Source of the DNA: a virus
Taxonomy: Duplodnaviria; Caudoviricetes
Strand: one strand, 5' to 3'
Virus record (IMG/VR): IMGVR_UViG_3300032320_001165
Span: 1 to 42,335 of that record
Length of the DNA: 42,335 nt
Shown here: piece after piece, positions 1 to 9,025 of the stretch
Layout of the letters: each line of letters opens with the position of its first letter
Position numbering within the stretch: position 1 is the first letter of the stretch
The notes under the pieces: model-generated
What the model was told of the DNA's origin: nothing
Databases searched by the model: none
Seen by the model: the letters and a program-made list of their open reading frames with translations, nothing else
Position numbers and translations under genes: made by a program

Positions 1-86
1 AAACCGATCTCACCAATATCAAGTTGGGGCAAATCTGTATTTTCGCCAGTTCTGTGTTGGATTTTAGAAATTTGTACAATTGCCAT
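1..86 (-). CDS. Partial (5' end) virion structural protein with Mtd_N-like N-terminus
   Basis: Own translation from ATG at 86: MAIVQISKIQHRTGENTDLPQLDIGEIG..., matching the IQxRxG...LPxLxxGExG N-terminal motif of phage fibre/structural proteins. Late motif ATAAATA at 111-117. Runs off the window edge. Confidence 0.7.
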   Translation of the reverse strand, partial: MAIVQISKIQHRTGENTDLPQLDIGEIG

Positions 87-123
87 AGTATAATCTTTAT
101 GTGATTATACTATTTATCTTGTA

Positions 124-810
124 TTACAGGAACTGCATATAGTATTGTTCTACACGCTTAAACCACATATCAGTGTATTTGTCAAACTCAGAGCCTTCTA
201 GTATGAATTCCTGATATAGATTATCGGCAGAACACATAAAGATGACACCTTTACGTATCTTTGTTCCATGTAGTTCATTGTGAGCATTAGCATAGGCTGC
301 TAACTGAACAAAGTAATCATCAATCCATTCACGCTTCTTAGGCTTGTTTGTTTGCTTGTGGTCCATGATAGCTTCATCGCCATCGTGAACGCCTACTAAG
401 TCTGTCGTCCCTGCATAAATTTTCGGATAATAGAGAGGAACTTCTGTGCCCCAGTATTCATTACATTTACTAAGACCTTGATAGATAATTGACTGGGCCA
501 TTTTATGGCTTTGCTGGCTATACGGATTGCTTCCGGGCTCATTGAGTACTCCTGTCTTAATGTAGTCTTCGATCCACTTATGCATACGAGTGCCTCGACC
601 CGCAGCCTCAGTAGTAATCTCTTTTGCTCTTTGATGTCCTACACGATTGCGCCAGTTTTGCAATGCTTGTTTAGATTCTTCTGACTTAGTGAAGTCTAAT
701 ATTGTAGTGACTGAAGGTAGTTTTTCACCATCGGGAGTAGCATATCTGCGCTTGCCGTCTATCTCTACACGGCTCATGGGAACATAATTGAATTTAGTGG
801 GATTGTACAT
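124..810 (-). CDS. PD-(D/E)XK family exonuclease (Cas4-like/phage exonuclease)
   Basis: LPSVTTIL, GTRMHKWIE, EVPLY..AGTTDLV..IMDHKQ and Y.VQLAAYA motifs. Confidence 0.85.
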   Translation of the reverse strand: MYNPTKFNYVPMSRVEIDGKRRYATPDGEKLPSVTTILDFTKSEESKQALQNWRNRVGHQRAKEITTEAAGRGTRMHKWIEDYIKTGVLNEPGSNPYSQQSHKMAQSIIYQGLSKCNEYWGTEVPLYYPKIYAGTTDLVGVHDGDEAIMDHKQTNKPKKREWIDDYFVQLAAYANAHNELHGTKIRKGVIFMCSADNLYQEFILEGSEFDKYTDMWFKRVEQYYMQFL

Positions 811-818
811 TATAGTCG

Positions 819-847
819 ATTATATTCGAGTATAGTCCAGTTGTCAA
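819..847 (-). promoter_or_regulatory. sigma70-type promoter for the exonuclease gene
   Basis: Minus strand TTGACA-17 nt-TATAAT; -10 ends 8 nt before the ATG at 810. Confidence 0.8.
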
Positions 848-1171
848 CTATATTCGGAAACTTTCGCCACACCCACATCTATCACGTTCGTTTGGGTTCT
901 TAAATTCAAAGCCCTCATTCAATCCATTACGTACATAATCAACAGTCATATTTTGTAAGTATACATCATGTTTCAAATCTACTAACACAACAAATTCCGG
1001 TTGTGCATAGTTTATCAACGATATGTCATGTACATATTCATCAACATACTCTAATACATATGCCAAACCACTACAGCCAGTAGTTTTTACACCGATGCGA
1101 ATTCCCACGCCGCCCCGTTTTTCTAATAAGTTTTTTATTTTATTTTTTGCTTTATCAGTAAAGTTAATCAC
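848..1171 (-). CDS. iscA: A-type Fe-S cluster carrier (IscA/HesB family)
   Basis: GVKTTGCSGLAY and C-terminal FKNPN..RCGCGESF signature. Confidence 0.93.
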   Translation of the reverse strand: MINFTDKAKNKIKNLLEKRGGVGIRIGVKTTGCSGLAYVLEYVDEYVHDISLINYAQPEFVVLVDLKHDVYLQNMTVDYVRNGLNEGFEFKNPNERDRCGCGESFRI

Positions 1172-1485
1172 TGTATTTGCTTGCTTGCCATTTGCTGGCG
1201 TATCTTTTCATTCTCATCTTGTGATTGATCTACTGCGGTATCTAAATCACCTTCTTGGCCCTTGAACGTAACAGTATCATCACTTACATCGGCAATGATA
1301 TTACTTAGTGGTTCTTTTTTAACCATATCAAATAAATCAGCTTTGTCTAAGCTGATTCCGTTTTTGTTTAATATTGTTAGAAACTCGTCAGTTGTCATTG
1401 GCTCATTAATGGACTTAAGTTGGTTCGTTACCGCAACCAACTTAACTCTTAATGGATCAGCATCACTGAACTCAAATAAACGCAT
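1168..1485 (-). CDS. Hypothetical protein, probable head-associated
   Basis: Starts MRLFEF like other putative protease-processed virion proteins here; coupled to the upstream late gene. Confidence 0.6.
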   Translation of the reverse strand: MRLFEFSDADPLRVKLVAVTNQLKSINEPMTTDEFLTILNKNGISLDKADLFDMVKKEPLSNIIADVSDDTVTFKGQEGDLDTAVDQSQDENEKIRQQMASKQIQ

Positions 1486-1487
1486 GT

Positions 1488-2210
1488 TTATCGCTTTGCA
1501 CGACCAACTGATGGCATGGGCTCTTCTGGCTCTTCCGGTGGTAATTCAGCGGGCATTTCTTCGCCGCCCATATCAGCACCCATATCAGCACCCATATCAG
1601 CACCCATATCAGCACCCATATCGCCACCAGTCATATCACCGCCTGCTGGTCCCATTCCACCAAAGCCTGCGCCTTGACCAGTAATGATACCAACAGCACC
1701 TTGTAGACCTGTCTTAGATTGTGTAATAGCTGCCTGCAATGAAGTCAATGCCTCTGAAACTTGGCTACTGAATTGTTCACCTTCACTTGCACCAAACTCA
1801 CTGTTGACACCATCAACAACAGCTGGTAATTCTTTAACCAACATGTCTGATACTTGCTCAACCATCTTTTGCATTGCATCAACCATCTCTTGTGCGGCTA
1901 GAACAACTTGAGATTTCTCAACTTCTTCGTTCTCTACAACAATACGTTGGTTGTATATTGGCATTGTACGTAGATCACCGTAGTGATGAGTCAATGCTTG
2001 CTCCATGAATACAAGTTTCAAATAAGCAGGATTTTGCTCTCCGCTCATTGACTTGGTTTTAGCTTCTGACATTAGACGCTTCACTTTAGTAAGCATTGTC
2101 TTAGTCTCATAAAGACCTAACTTTTCAACATTGAATGTGGTGTTGAAATGTTCTTTTAAAGCCTTCTTGGCTACGGTCGTTGTTTTGTTGTTAAATTCAG
2201 TAAGTTTCAT
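1488..2210 (-). CDS. Probable head/scaffold-like virion protein with acidic Gly/Met/Pro tail
   Basis: Helical body, MKLTEF start, (GADM)n and EEP-rich tail; late motif at 2236-2242. Confidence 0.6.
   Translation of the reverse strand: MKLTEFNNKTTTVAKKALKEHFNTTFNVEKLGLYETKTMLTKVKRLMSEAKTKSMSGEQNPAYLKLVFMEQALTHHYGDLRTMPIYNQRIVVENEEVEKSQVVLAAQEMVDAMQKMVEQVSDMLVKELPAVVDGVNSEFGASEGEQFSSQVSEALTSLQAAITQSKTGLQGAVGIITGQGAGFGGMGPAGGDMTGGDMGADMGADMGADMGADMGGEEMPAELPPEEPEEPMPSVGRAKR
1567..1622. repeat. 12-bp tandem repeat (CCCATATCAGCA) x4 plus a partial copy, encoding GADM repeats
   Basis: Directly visible; in frame within the 1488-2210 CDS. Confidence 0.95.
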
Positions 2211-2253
2211 AGTTATTCCCAGATTACTAATAAAGTATTTATCATTTTCTAAA

Positions 2254-2739
2254 TTATTTTGAGGAATTTAGTTCAAATTGTCTATACTGCCAAGCCTTAC
2301 ACTTTTCAGTGTAGTTGTTTATTTCCTTAGAAATTGAATGTTTTTTTATCTTATCTTCATTGATTTTATTAAGGTACAGTATCCGTTTTTCTATATCTTT
2401 TGTCTTCTTACATAAATTTTCATGGGTTATCATGTTCTGTATAGTTCCAGATAACAACTTATCCAAATATAACACCCTAGCTGAATCATTAAAGTTCTGA
2501 CATTTATCAAGTGTAGACCAAGTTACGGCATTCTTTAAATCCATGAATGTATATACTGTATGAGTGTGTTTCTTTTCAACCACAAAACCCATATCAGTTT
2601 TACCAATAAGATATGTTCCAAATAGATTATATCTACCATCGTCATCTTGGAATATCATCTTTCTTTCTAATATTGACATTTTTTCCTTATTAAGGATTTT
2701 GTTCAATATGTCAAACGTTTTTGGTTCATTGATTTTCAT
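2254..2739 (-). CDS. Hypothetical protein
   Basis: ORF track; start moved to MKINEPK (2739) to reduce overlap with the upstream gene. Confidence 0.6.
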   Translation of the reverse strand: MKINEPKTFDILNKILNKEKMSILERKMIFQDDDGRYNLFGTYLIGKTDMGFVVEKKHTHTVYTFMDLKNAVTWSTLDKCQNFNDSARVLYLDKLLSGTIQNMITHENLCKKTKDIEKRILYLNKINEDKIKKHSISKEINNYTEKCKAWQYRQFELNSSK

Positions 2740-3181
2740 CTGGTATTTCCTCAAAATATATATTACGCAATTCAGAACTTCCATCTAAGAATGTAGGTAA
2801 TTTATTCCATTCAGTACCTATTTGTATCATGGGTACCCCGTCACAATCTGTATACAGGTATCCAAAATCATTTATCCCGTCATCAAACACACTATGAAAA
2901 TTCACTGTAAAATCAAAAGTCCAGCATGAGTGCGGTTCTAAATCAGACTCAAATAAAAATCCAAATTTATCAAATTCTGAAAAAATTATCTCAGAACGTA
3001 CGGGATCTGAAATGTTCTCAGGTTGACTTCTTAATGAGATAACTTGTAGTATAGTATCAAGGTTACATTGTGTGTTGCGTTGTGTTTGCCACTGTGGGTC
3101 GGTGTTAATAGAATTTCTTCTATTAGTGACACCAGTTTTAGTGATATCAAAGAGTGTGTGGCATCTAATTCTTAACGGCAT
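2726..3181 (-). CDS. Conserved-looking phage hypothetical protein (late gene)
   Basis: 151-aa ORF with perfect TATAAATA at 3186-3193 immediately upstream. Confidence 0.7.
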   Translation of the reverse strand: MPLRIRCHTLFDITKTGVTNRRNSINTDPQWQTQRNTQCNLDTILQVISLRSQPENISDPVRSEIIFSEFDKFGFLFESDLEPHSCWTFDFTVNFHSVFDDGINDFGYLYTDCDGVPMIQIGTEWNKLPTFLDGSSELRNIYFEEIPDENQ

Positions 3182-3185
3182 ACAC

Positions 3186-3193
3186 TATTTATA
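3186..3193 (-). promoter_or_regulatory. T4-type late promoter TATAAATA
   Basis: Exact match to the T4 gp55 late consensus, 4 nt upstream of the ATG. Confidence 0.75.
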
Positions 3194-3198
3194 GAGGT

Positions 3199-3227
3199 AA
3201 AAAAGCCCGAGAAATTCTCGGGCCTTT
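3199..3227 (-). terminator. Rho-independent terminator
   Basis: GCCCGAGAA/TTCTCGGGC inverted repeat followed by T6 on the minus strand, downstream of the 3245-3637 gene. Confidence 0.85.
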
Positions 3228-3244
3228 ACTAGAATAAGCTAGAA

Positions 3245-3637
3245 TTAAGCTAGTTTGAAACCGTTGTTAGTAACAACTGCACCAGACAAGTCATAAGTAG
3301 CTACTGTACCTAGAGCACGGATAGCGGCTTGTAATGTTGATGCTGTCCAAGCGGCTGTTGGATAAACAGCGATAGACATGTTATTGGCTGAACCACTTGC
3401 TTCTACTTGATAGAAGTGTGTTGTAGCCAATTGAGTGATACATGTGATAACTGCTTCAACAGCTTCACCGCTATCTAATTGACCAGCTGGGTCAGCACCC
3501 AAGTCGATACCGAAGAAGTCTAACTTAGGACCAGATAACATTACTGGAGTTCCAGTAGGGTTGCTACCTGAACCGTTCAATGTGTCAATTGCAAATACTG
3601 GCTTTGTGTTGCCGTGAACTTTAGTTTGAGATGCCAT
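3245..3637 (-). CDS. Small virion structural protein (paralog A), possibly capsid decoration
   Basis: Ala/Gly/Thr-rich 130 aa, strong SD (AAGGA), own late promoter and terminator; resembles 3746-4102. Confidence 0.65.
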   Translation of the reverse strand: MASQTKVHGNTKPVFAIDTLNGSGSNPTGTPVMLSGPKLDFFGIDLGADPAGQLDSGEAVEAVITCITQLATTHFYQVEASGSANNMSIAVYPTAAWTASTLQAAIRALGTVATYDLSGAVVTNNGFKLA

Positions 3638-3700
3638 AATAATTTTCCTTTAAAAGTTTGAGCTTCATATAGAAACTCATACTATTATTTATGCCAAAAT

Positions 3701-3728
3701 AAAAAAAAGCACTCCGGAGAGTGCTTTT
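3701..3728 (-). terminator. Rho-independent terminator with C(UCCG)G tetraloop
   Basis: Minus strand GCACTC-TCCG-GAGTGC-T8. Confidence 0.88.
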
Positions 3729-3745
3729 GTGTAATAGATTAATAA

Positions 3746-4102
3746 TTAATCGTAATTAACGTCATCACTACGGATCTCAGCGTCATATACTGTAACGCTC
3801 CAACCAGTAGAATCGTCAATAGCAGTTTCCAATTCACTAATAGTAGTACTATCGAATGGACCTGCGCCTGGAGTTGTGTTCATTGACAATGCGATTGTCA
3901 CATAATTGCCGCCCGGCTTGCCGATAACGTGCATTTCAGCAACTTGTTGCAATGCTGTAACTAACTTTTGAAAGTTGCTTCCGATTGTAGCGTAATCAGT
4001 TGACAAATCAACTCCTGCGTCAACTACGACCCAGAAGAACTCACGTCCTTGAATTGTTGATGTTGGTAATGTAATACCGTGTCTTTTTGGTTGTTGAGCC
4101 AT
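3746..4102 (-). CDS. Small virion structural protein (paralog B)
   Basis: 118 aa; MAQQPKRHG vs MASQTKVHG, and EFFWV vs DFFGI; near-identical upstream region to paralog A. Confidence 0.65.
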   Translation of the reverse strand: MAQQPKRHGITLPTSTIQGREFFWVVVDAGVDLSTDYATIGSNFQKLVTALQQVAEMHVIGKPGGNYVTIALSMNTTPGAGPFDSTTISELETAIDDSTGWSVTVYDAEIRSDDVNYD

Positions 4103-4153
4103 TTTATTTTCCTTTTTTGAAGTTTTGAATTCATATAGAACTCATACTATTAT

Positions 4154-5317
4154 TTATGCTCGGCCTGCTAGATTCTGGCGAGAGAATCCCATTCTATTGA
4201 CGATTTTAACACCGTGAGCAACGAATCCTTCTTGGCTTTGAGTACCATCTTGCAAATAACCTTTTACAGGACTTGCTTCAGCTGCCTTAGCTAATTGTGG
4301 TTCAACTTGCATTTTTAGTGTGTATACAGCAACCCAGATAGCAAAAGCACCTTGAATACCGGCTTCATTTTGCTGAAAATGCTCTGTCAATTTAGCACGA
4401 ATAGGCTCTGACATTGGACGAGTTTTGAAGAACTCATAGAAGTCACCCACTAGATTGTTTAAGTTACCTGATACAATCTTCTTGTTGATATAAACCGTAC
4501 ACATTAATGGGAACGCTGTTTTAGTCCCCGGTGGTGGTTGTAGAATCCATTGATCGGCAGCGGCTCCGTGTTGACTGATTACCTTCTGTACTTTAGCTAT
4601 ATCGGCTTTATTAAGTTTTAGTTTAGGGACACTAGGCATTGCTGCCGGTACAATAGCAACATCACCGCTATTTTTCAATTGTCCTATAGTACCGTTCAAC
4701 AATTGAGCATACTGTACATTATCAGCTTCAGGGGGAATATATTGATGCACTGCAATACCACCTACTTTTCCAGCAATCAATCTACCAATATCACTGTCAG
4801 CTTCAATTGTATATGCAATTCCATTAGGGTTGGCTTTGAATTTATACAATCCACCTTCGTCTTGCAATGGTTGACTGAATAACAAATCGCCCCAATAAAA
4901 ACCTTTACCTGAATACGATTTTTGTAAGCCTGGCCAGATTCTTGCAATGATATTAACTAAATCACCACGTTGAATTCCACGTGCCTGATCGTATGCGGCA
5001 AATGCTTGAGGGCTAGTTACTCGGCCAGATCCGTCTTTTTTGTTAAACATGTGCTTGTCACATACAACAAATTTACCATCAGGTCCTGTACCAAAAATCA
5101 ATGCAGGATAACCATCCCACTTGATAGTAATAGCGGCTGGTTGTTTTACTGTTTCTACAATAGCTTGTAGGCCACGATTTGCACCAGAACTACCAGATTG
5201 AAATACTAAATCTTCAGGGTGCTCTACGTGTGCTTTAGTTAAGTCACCGTCTTCAACTATAGTGTTAATGGCACTAATCTTATTAGTTAGTTCTCTTAAC
5301 GATTCAGAAAAATTCAT
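4154..5317 (-). CDS. Phage protein with KxDG ligase/nucleotidyltransferase-like motif (DUF6267-like)
   Basis: HVEHPEDL..TIKWDGYPALIFG, GDLLF, EGFV and KIVNR resemble covalent nucleotidyltransferase motifs I, III, IV and V. Confidence 0.6.
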   Translation of the reverse strand: MNFSESLRELTNKISAINTIVEDGDLTKAHVEHPEDLVFQSGSSGANRGLQAIVETVKQPAAITIKWDGYPALIFGTGPDGKFVVCDKHMFNKKDGSGRVTSPQAFAAYDQARGIQRGDLVNIIARIWPGLQKSYSGKGFYWGDLLFSQPLQDEGGLYKFKANPNGIAYTIEADSDIGRLIAGKVGGIAVHQYIPPEADNVQYAQLLNGTIGQLKNSGDVAIVPAAMPSVPKLKLNKADIAKVQKVISQHGAAADQWILQPPPGTKTAFPLMCTVYINKKIVSGNLNNLVGDFYEFFKTRPMSEPIRAKLTEHFQQNEAGIQGAFAIWVAVYTLKMQVEPQLAKAAEASPVKGYLQDGTQSQEGFVAHGVKIVNRMGFSRQNLAGRA

Positions 5318-6300
5318 TATATTTTGCCCTGTTGTTTTAGCATAGACAATATTTTAGCATCAACTGGGTCAGCTGGATTCAATGTATTAGGTTGTCCCGG
5401 CGTACCTCCCAGAGATACCTGTACTGCCGGAGTAGTTGTTGCGGCTGCTGGTTGAGTTGCGGGTGTTTGATTAGGGTTATTTGGCCTTGCTACATTAACA
5501 GTAGATGAGGGTCCTGCCCCACTTGATTTAGTTAATTGACCAACCATATTATTCATTGGCCCTTTTGCCTTCATAGTTGAACCCAAGCTATTATATTTTC
5601 CAATAGCAGCCATTGCTTTAGCAATGCCCGGTTTATAATTTGCGGCAATTGCCTTATCAAGAGGTGCTTGTTGTTCTCCTGCATCCCATTTATTTTGTGC
5701 AAGATACTTATTAACCCAAGAACCTACGTCAAATGGTTCACCCCGTAGTCCAGTTGATGTTTGTTCGGCTGCTCCCATGTCCTTGAGAAATTTGTCCATA
5801 AAGAGTTGGTCTGTACGAGCAGAGATTTTTCCCTGTGTACTAAACTTACCGGCTATCCCTTTACCAGCAGACATTGCTTTTTGTTTAAGAGCACCCATCA
5901 TTGACGATCCAGCTGATGGTTTTGCGGTTGGTTGTGCGGGTGCAGGTGCTGTAGCTTGATTTAAAGCATTCCAATCAGTACCGGAAGATGCTGGTTTAGT
6001 TGTTTGAGCTAGTTGTGCGGTCTGAGTTGGTTGAGTCGATTGTACGGGTTGAGTTGGCTGAACTTCCTGATCTAGTTCACTCGGTATATTTGCTTGAGGT
6101 GTCATGTACGGATTAGGACGACTACCTACATTAGTAGGAGCTACTGCGGGTGCGCTAGTTCCAGTAGACGCGGTTGGTTGAGCCGCCGGAGCAGTTGTTT
6201 TTTGAGCATTGGCATTTCGCCTTAACGCATTCATACTAGCCTGTTTACGACGGCTAGCTTTACCTTCATCTAATATGAATTCACTCGCTCTCATTGTCAT
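5317..6300 (-). CDS. Low-complexity Ala/Pro/Gln/Thr-rich putative internal head protein
   Basis: MRASEFILDEG N-terminus; QPTQ-type repeats. Confidence 0.6.
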   Translation of the reverse strand: MTMRASEFILDEGKASRRKQASMNALRRNANAQKTTAPAAQPTASTGTSAPAVAPTNVGSRPNPYMTPQANIPSELDQEVQPTQPVQSTQPTQTAQLAQTTKPASSGTDWNALNQATAPAPAQPTAKPSAGSSMMGALKQKAMSAGKGIAGKFSTQGKISARTDQLFMDKFLKDMGAAEQTSTGLRGEPFDVGSWVNKYLAQNKWDAGEQQAPLDKAIAANYKPGIAKAMAAIGKYNSLGSTMKAKGPMNNMVGQLTKSSGAGPSSTVNVARPNNPNQTPATQPAAATTTPAVQVSLGGTPGQPNTLNPADPVDAKILSMLKQQGKI

Positions 6301-6532
6301 TCTTTCTCAAACTTTTTGAGAATCTACCCTGGTCACGTGCTTTGATAGCACTTAGCAATTTTCTCTCCAAAATTTGAGCTTTTTCGGAATCATAATGTTT
6401 ATTAATCATTTCTAGTAGATTAATAGCACTTGTAATGATATTATGGGCGCGGCTTTCTATAACATGTTTAGTGTCACGATTTTGACCGAGAGCCTCTAAT
6501 TCTTCCAACAGGCTACGAGTTTTTCTTTGCAT
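6281..6532 (-). CDS. Small conserved-looking phage protein
   Basis: 83-aa helical ORF; late motif at 6553-6559. Confidence 0.65.
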   Translation of the reverse strand: MQRKTRSLLEELEALGQNRDTKHVIESRAHNIITSAINLLEMINKHYDSEKAQILERKLLSAIKARDQGRFSKSLRKNDNESE

Positions 6533-6563
6533 ATAAGTATAGATCCTACAAGTATTTATCTAA

Positions 6564-8018
6564 TTATTGGAGATTCTTACGAACATCTCTCAACATTGCT
6601 TTTAGCCTATTTCCTTGCACATCTGCAACTACTTTATTAGTGTTGGTTCCGCCCATAGATTCCTCATCGGAAACTACATTAGAACTGGTTTTTAACTGGC
6701 TCATAATGTTATTTGCACTGGGTTGAGGATTATTAGGTCTATAGCTAGTTGCGCCTTCACCGTCTTCCCCACCCTCATCACTAATACGCATAGTTTCAAC
6801 ATTATATTCTAAATCAATCTTCATACCTACACCCGTTGAACTACGACTTTTCATACATTGAATCTGATACTTACCACGCTCACGCATACTACGATTAGTA
6901 AAGATACCAAATACGTTATCTGCCGTATTAATCTTACTGATACCACCTGCAATGTGACTATGGTCAAATTCAATTTCATCAACCGCACTGCGATTTAACT
7001 GACTAGCAGTTACTAACAAGATACCCATCTCTTTTGAAAGATTGCGTAATTCTTCTGCAACATACTTGTCTTTGATAAACTGATCGTTGGGATTAACTTT
7101 AACAGATACCGGCATAACCAAATCCAAGTAGTCAACCATTACAAAGTCAATTCTGATACCAGTTTGAATTTGCACTTCTTTTAGATAAGCACGAATGTCA
7201 TTAACATTACTTTGAGCAGGTAATCCCTTAACACGATATTTACCAGACTTCTTACCAACCATTTTAACACGCAATTCAGTAGTATCAATATCTTTTCTAA
7301 TATCTTTTGTACCCATGCTTGTCAACATCGCATCAGTACGTAGTGATGTTAGTTCTTCTGAAAGTTCTAGGGTAATATAAACACCACTCATCCCTGTTTG
7401 AATCCAGTTCAAAGCCAAGTTCATCATAACCAATGACTTACCTGAACCTGAACCACCAGCAAAAATGTTCAGTTCACCTCGACTCATACCACCATATAGA
7501 ATACGATCCATCTGTGGCCAGCCAGTTGATACTTGTCCACCGTTATTAAAGTATTTGTTAATACGACCTTTAGGGTCGGCAAAGTAATCAGTACCCATGT
7601 CTTTCTGTAGACTGATCTGTACTGCATCTTTAATTAATTTCTCAACAGGACTGAAGTCACCTTTCTCTAACAAATCAGCTGCCTTTAGAATAGCACGTTC
7701 TAGTTCCTGTCGTTTAGTGAATGATTCGAATTCATCAAAGAACCATTCATAATGTCCCTCAGTCATTTCTGGAATAGGTTCAATGTCTATACCAGTTGTT
7801 GCTTTAATTTGTGTAGTATCTGGTAATATTTTATATTTGTCGGTATGCTCTTTGTACATTACTGCCACAGGTCTCAGAGAGCGGTCAAAGTTCTCTGAGT
7901 TCATAATATTCATAACACGTGTATAAAGCTCCGCGTTGGTAATCATCATGCGCAAGAATAATTTTTGTACATCAACAGTATAGTCCAACTGTTTTTTAGA
8001 ATCCATTTGCTTTGCCAA
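6564..8018 (-). CDS. Replicative DnaB-like helicase (T4 gp41-like)
   Basis: Walker A GGSGSGKS, YITLELSE, Walker B VMVDYLD, TASQLNR, TADNVF, KSRS. Confidence 0.93.
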   Translation of the reverse strand: MAKQMDSKKQLDYTVDVQKLFLRMMITNAELYTRVMNIMNSENFDRSLRPVAVMYKEHTDKYKILPDTTQIKATTGIDIEPIPEMTEGHYEWFFDEFESFTKRQELERAILKAADLLEKGDFSPVEKLIKDAVQISLQKDMGTDYFADPKGRINKYFNNGGQVSTGWPQMDRILYGGMSRGELNIFAGGSGSGKSLVMMNLALNWIQTGMSGVYITLELSEELTSLRTDAMLTSMGTKDIRKDIDTTELRVKMVGKKSGKYRVKGLPAQSNVNDIRAYLKEVQIQTGIRIDFVMVDYLDLVMPVSVKVNPNDQFIKDKYVAEELRNLSKEMGILLVTASQLNRSAVDEIEFDHSHIAGGISKINTADNVFGIFTNRSMRERGKYQIQCMKSRSSTGVGMKIDLEYNVETMRISDEGGEDGEGATSYRPNNPQPSANNIMSQLKTSSNVVSDEESMGGTNTNKVVADVQGNRLKAMLRDVRKNLQ

Positions 8019-8976
8019 TTTTCTTCCTTTGCATTTCTATTTTTATTTTGTTCATTGTAGCATTTTGTAGTATGCTAAGTAAAGTAGGCAACTTACCATA
8101 TTTCACTACAGCATCATTAACGTCTTTGATTCCCGGTTCCCAGTCCGGTAAACTAACACTATAACCCAACTCTAATGCTCTATCAATTATTTTAAACCCA
8201 GTTTCGTCAAAATCAGGCACCACAATAATTCGTTTATTAAGTTGTGCTAACAACATTGCCTGATCAGGACTAATATCATCATGCATGACTGCTACGCCAT
8301 CAATTGACAATGCATCAAAAATACCTTCAGTTAATATACATACTTGCCAGTTTTTATCTTGTTTATCTATATTGAATACATAGCCTTGAGGTTGATCGTT
8401 AAGATACTTTGGCATCTTGTTATCTAAAAACCTACTAGTATTACCCACTACCTTACCTTTATATGTATAGGGTACAACTATTCTACGTTGGTTACGATAC
8501 TTGTCATTTGGTGTAACCGTGAATGAATATTTAGTAAGGTCGATCTTACGACTAATCAAATAATCGGTGTATATTTTATGTCTAGGATTAGATGGATCTA
8601 ATTTCTCACCTTTAGGTAAAGGCTTAGCATTAAATTCTAGTGGCGTATACTCTTTCTTTTCCTGTGTGAAATCAAATAAATCTTTATTCTGCAAACTTTC
8701 AAGACTCCAGCGTTGGACTTGTTCGCTATCCGCACCACACCAAATTAAGAATTGTCTAGTTTTGGGTTCGATGATTCTACCCATTGTGAAACCACAACTG
8801 TATCCACAGTTAAAACAATGATATAACCAATTAGTAGTACCGTCAAACTTGATACCACCTCTTCCTCGTGTGTCAGGATTATGACCGCGTGGTCCACAAC
8901 AAATGGCATTGAAGCTAGTCCAGCCACTAGTAGTTTGTTTTTTTCTACCGGGAATTAAAGAGAGTATATCAAACAT
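7996..8976 (-). CDS. DNA primase (T4 gp61-like): Zn-binding domain plus TOPRIM
   Basis: CC..HCFNCG zinc ribbon, TEGIFDAL, PDFDETG (DxD), KDVND. Start moved to MFDILS because a promoter occupies 8984-9012. Confidence 0.9.
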   Translation of the reverse strand: MFDILSLIPGRKKQTTSGWTSFNAICCGPRGHNPDTRGRGGIKFDGTTNWLYHCFNCGYSCGFTMGRIIEPKTRQFLIWCGADSEQVQRWSLESLQNKDLFDFTQEKKEYTPLEFNAKPLPKGEKLDPSNPRHKIYTDYLISRKIDLTKYSFTVTPNDKYRNQRRIVVPYTYKGKVVGNTSRFLDNKMPKYLNDQPQGYVFNIDKQDKNWQVCILTEGIFDALSIDGVAVMHDDISPDQAMLLAQLNKRIIVVPDFDETGFKIIDRALELGYSVSLPDWEPGIKDVNDAVVKYGKLPTLLSILQNATMNKIKIEMQRKKIGKANGF

Positions 8977-9025
8977 CTGTGTTATGATAACACAATTGTC
9001 ATACGAAAGCAATAGTCTTGGTCAA

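Noticed and set aside
124-810. Cas4 implying a CRISPR system
   Set aside because: Lacks the Cas4 Cys cluster; no array or other cas genes; a generic phage PD-(D/E)XK nuclease
1262-1684. Plus-strand ORF with YQHP repeats
   Set aside because: Antisense shadow of the GADM tandem repeat in the real minus-strand gene
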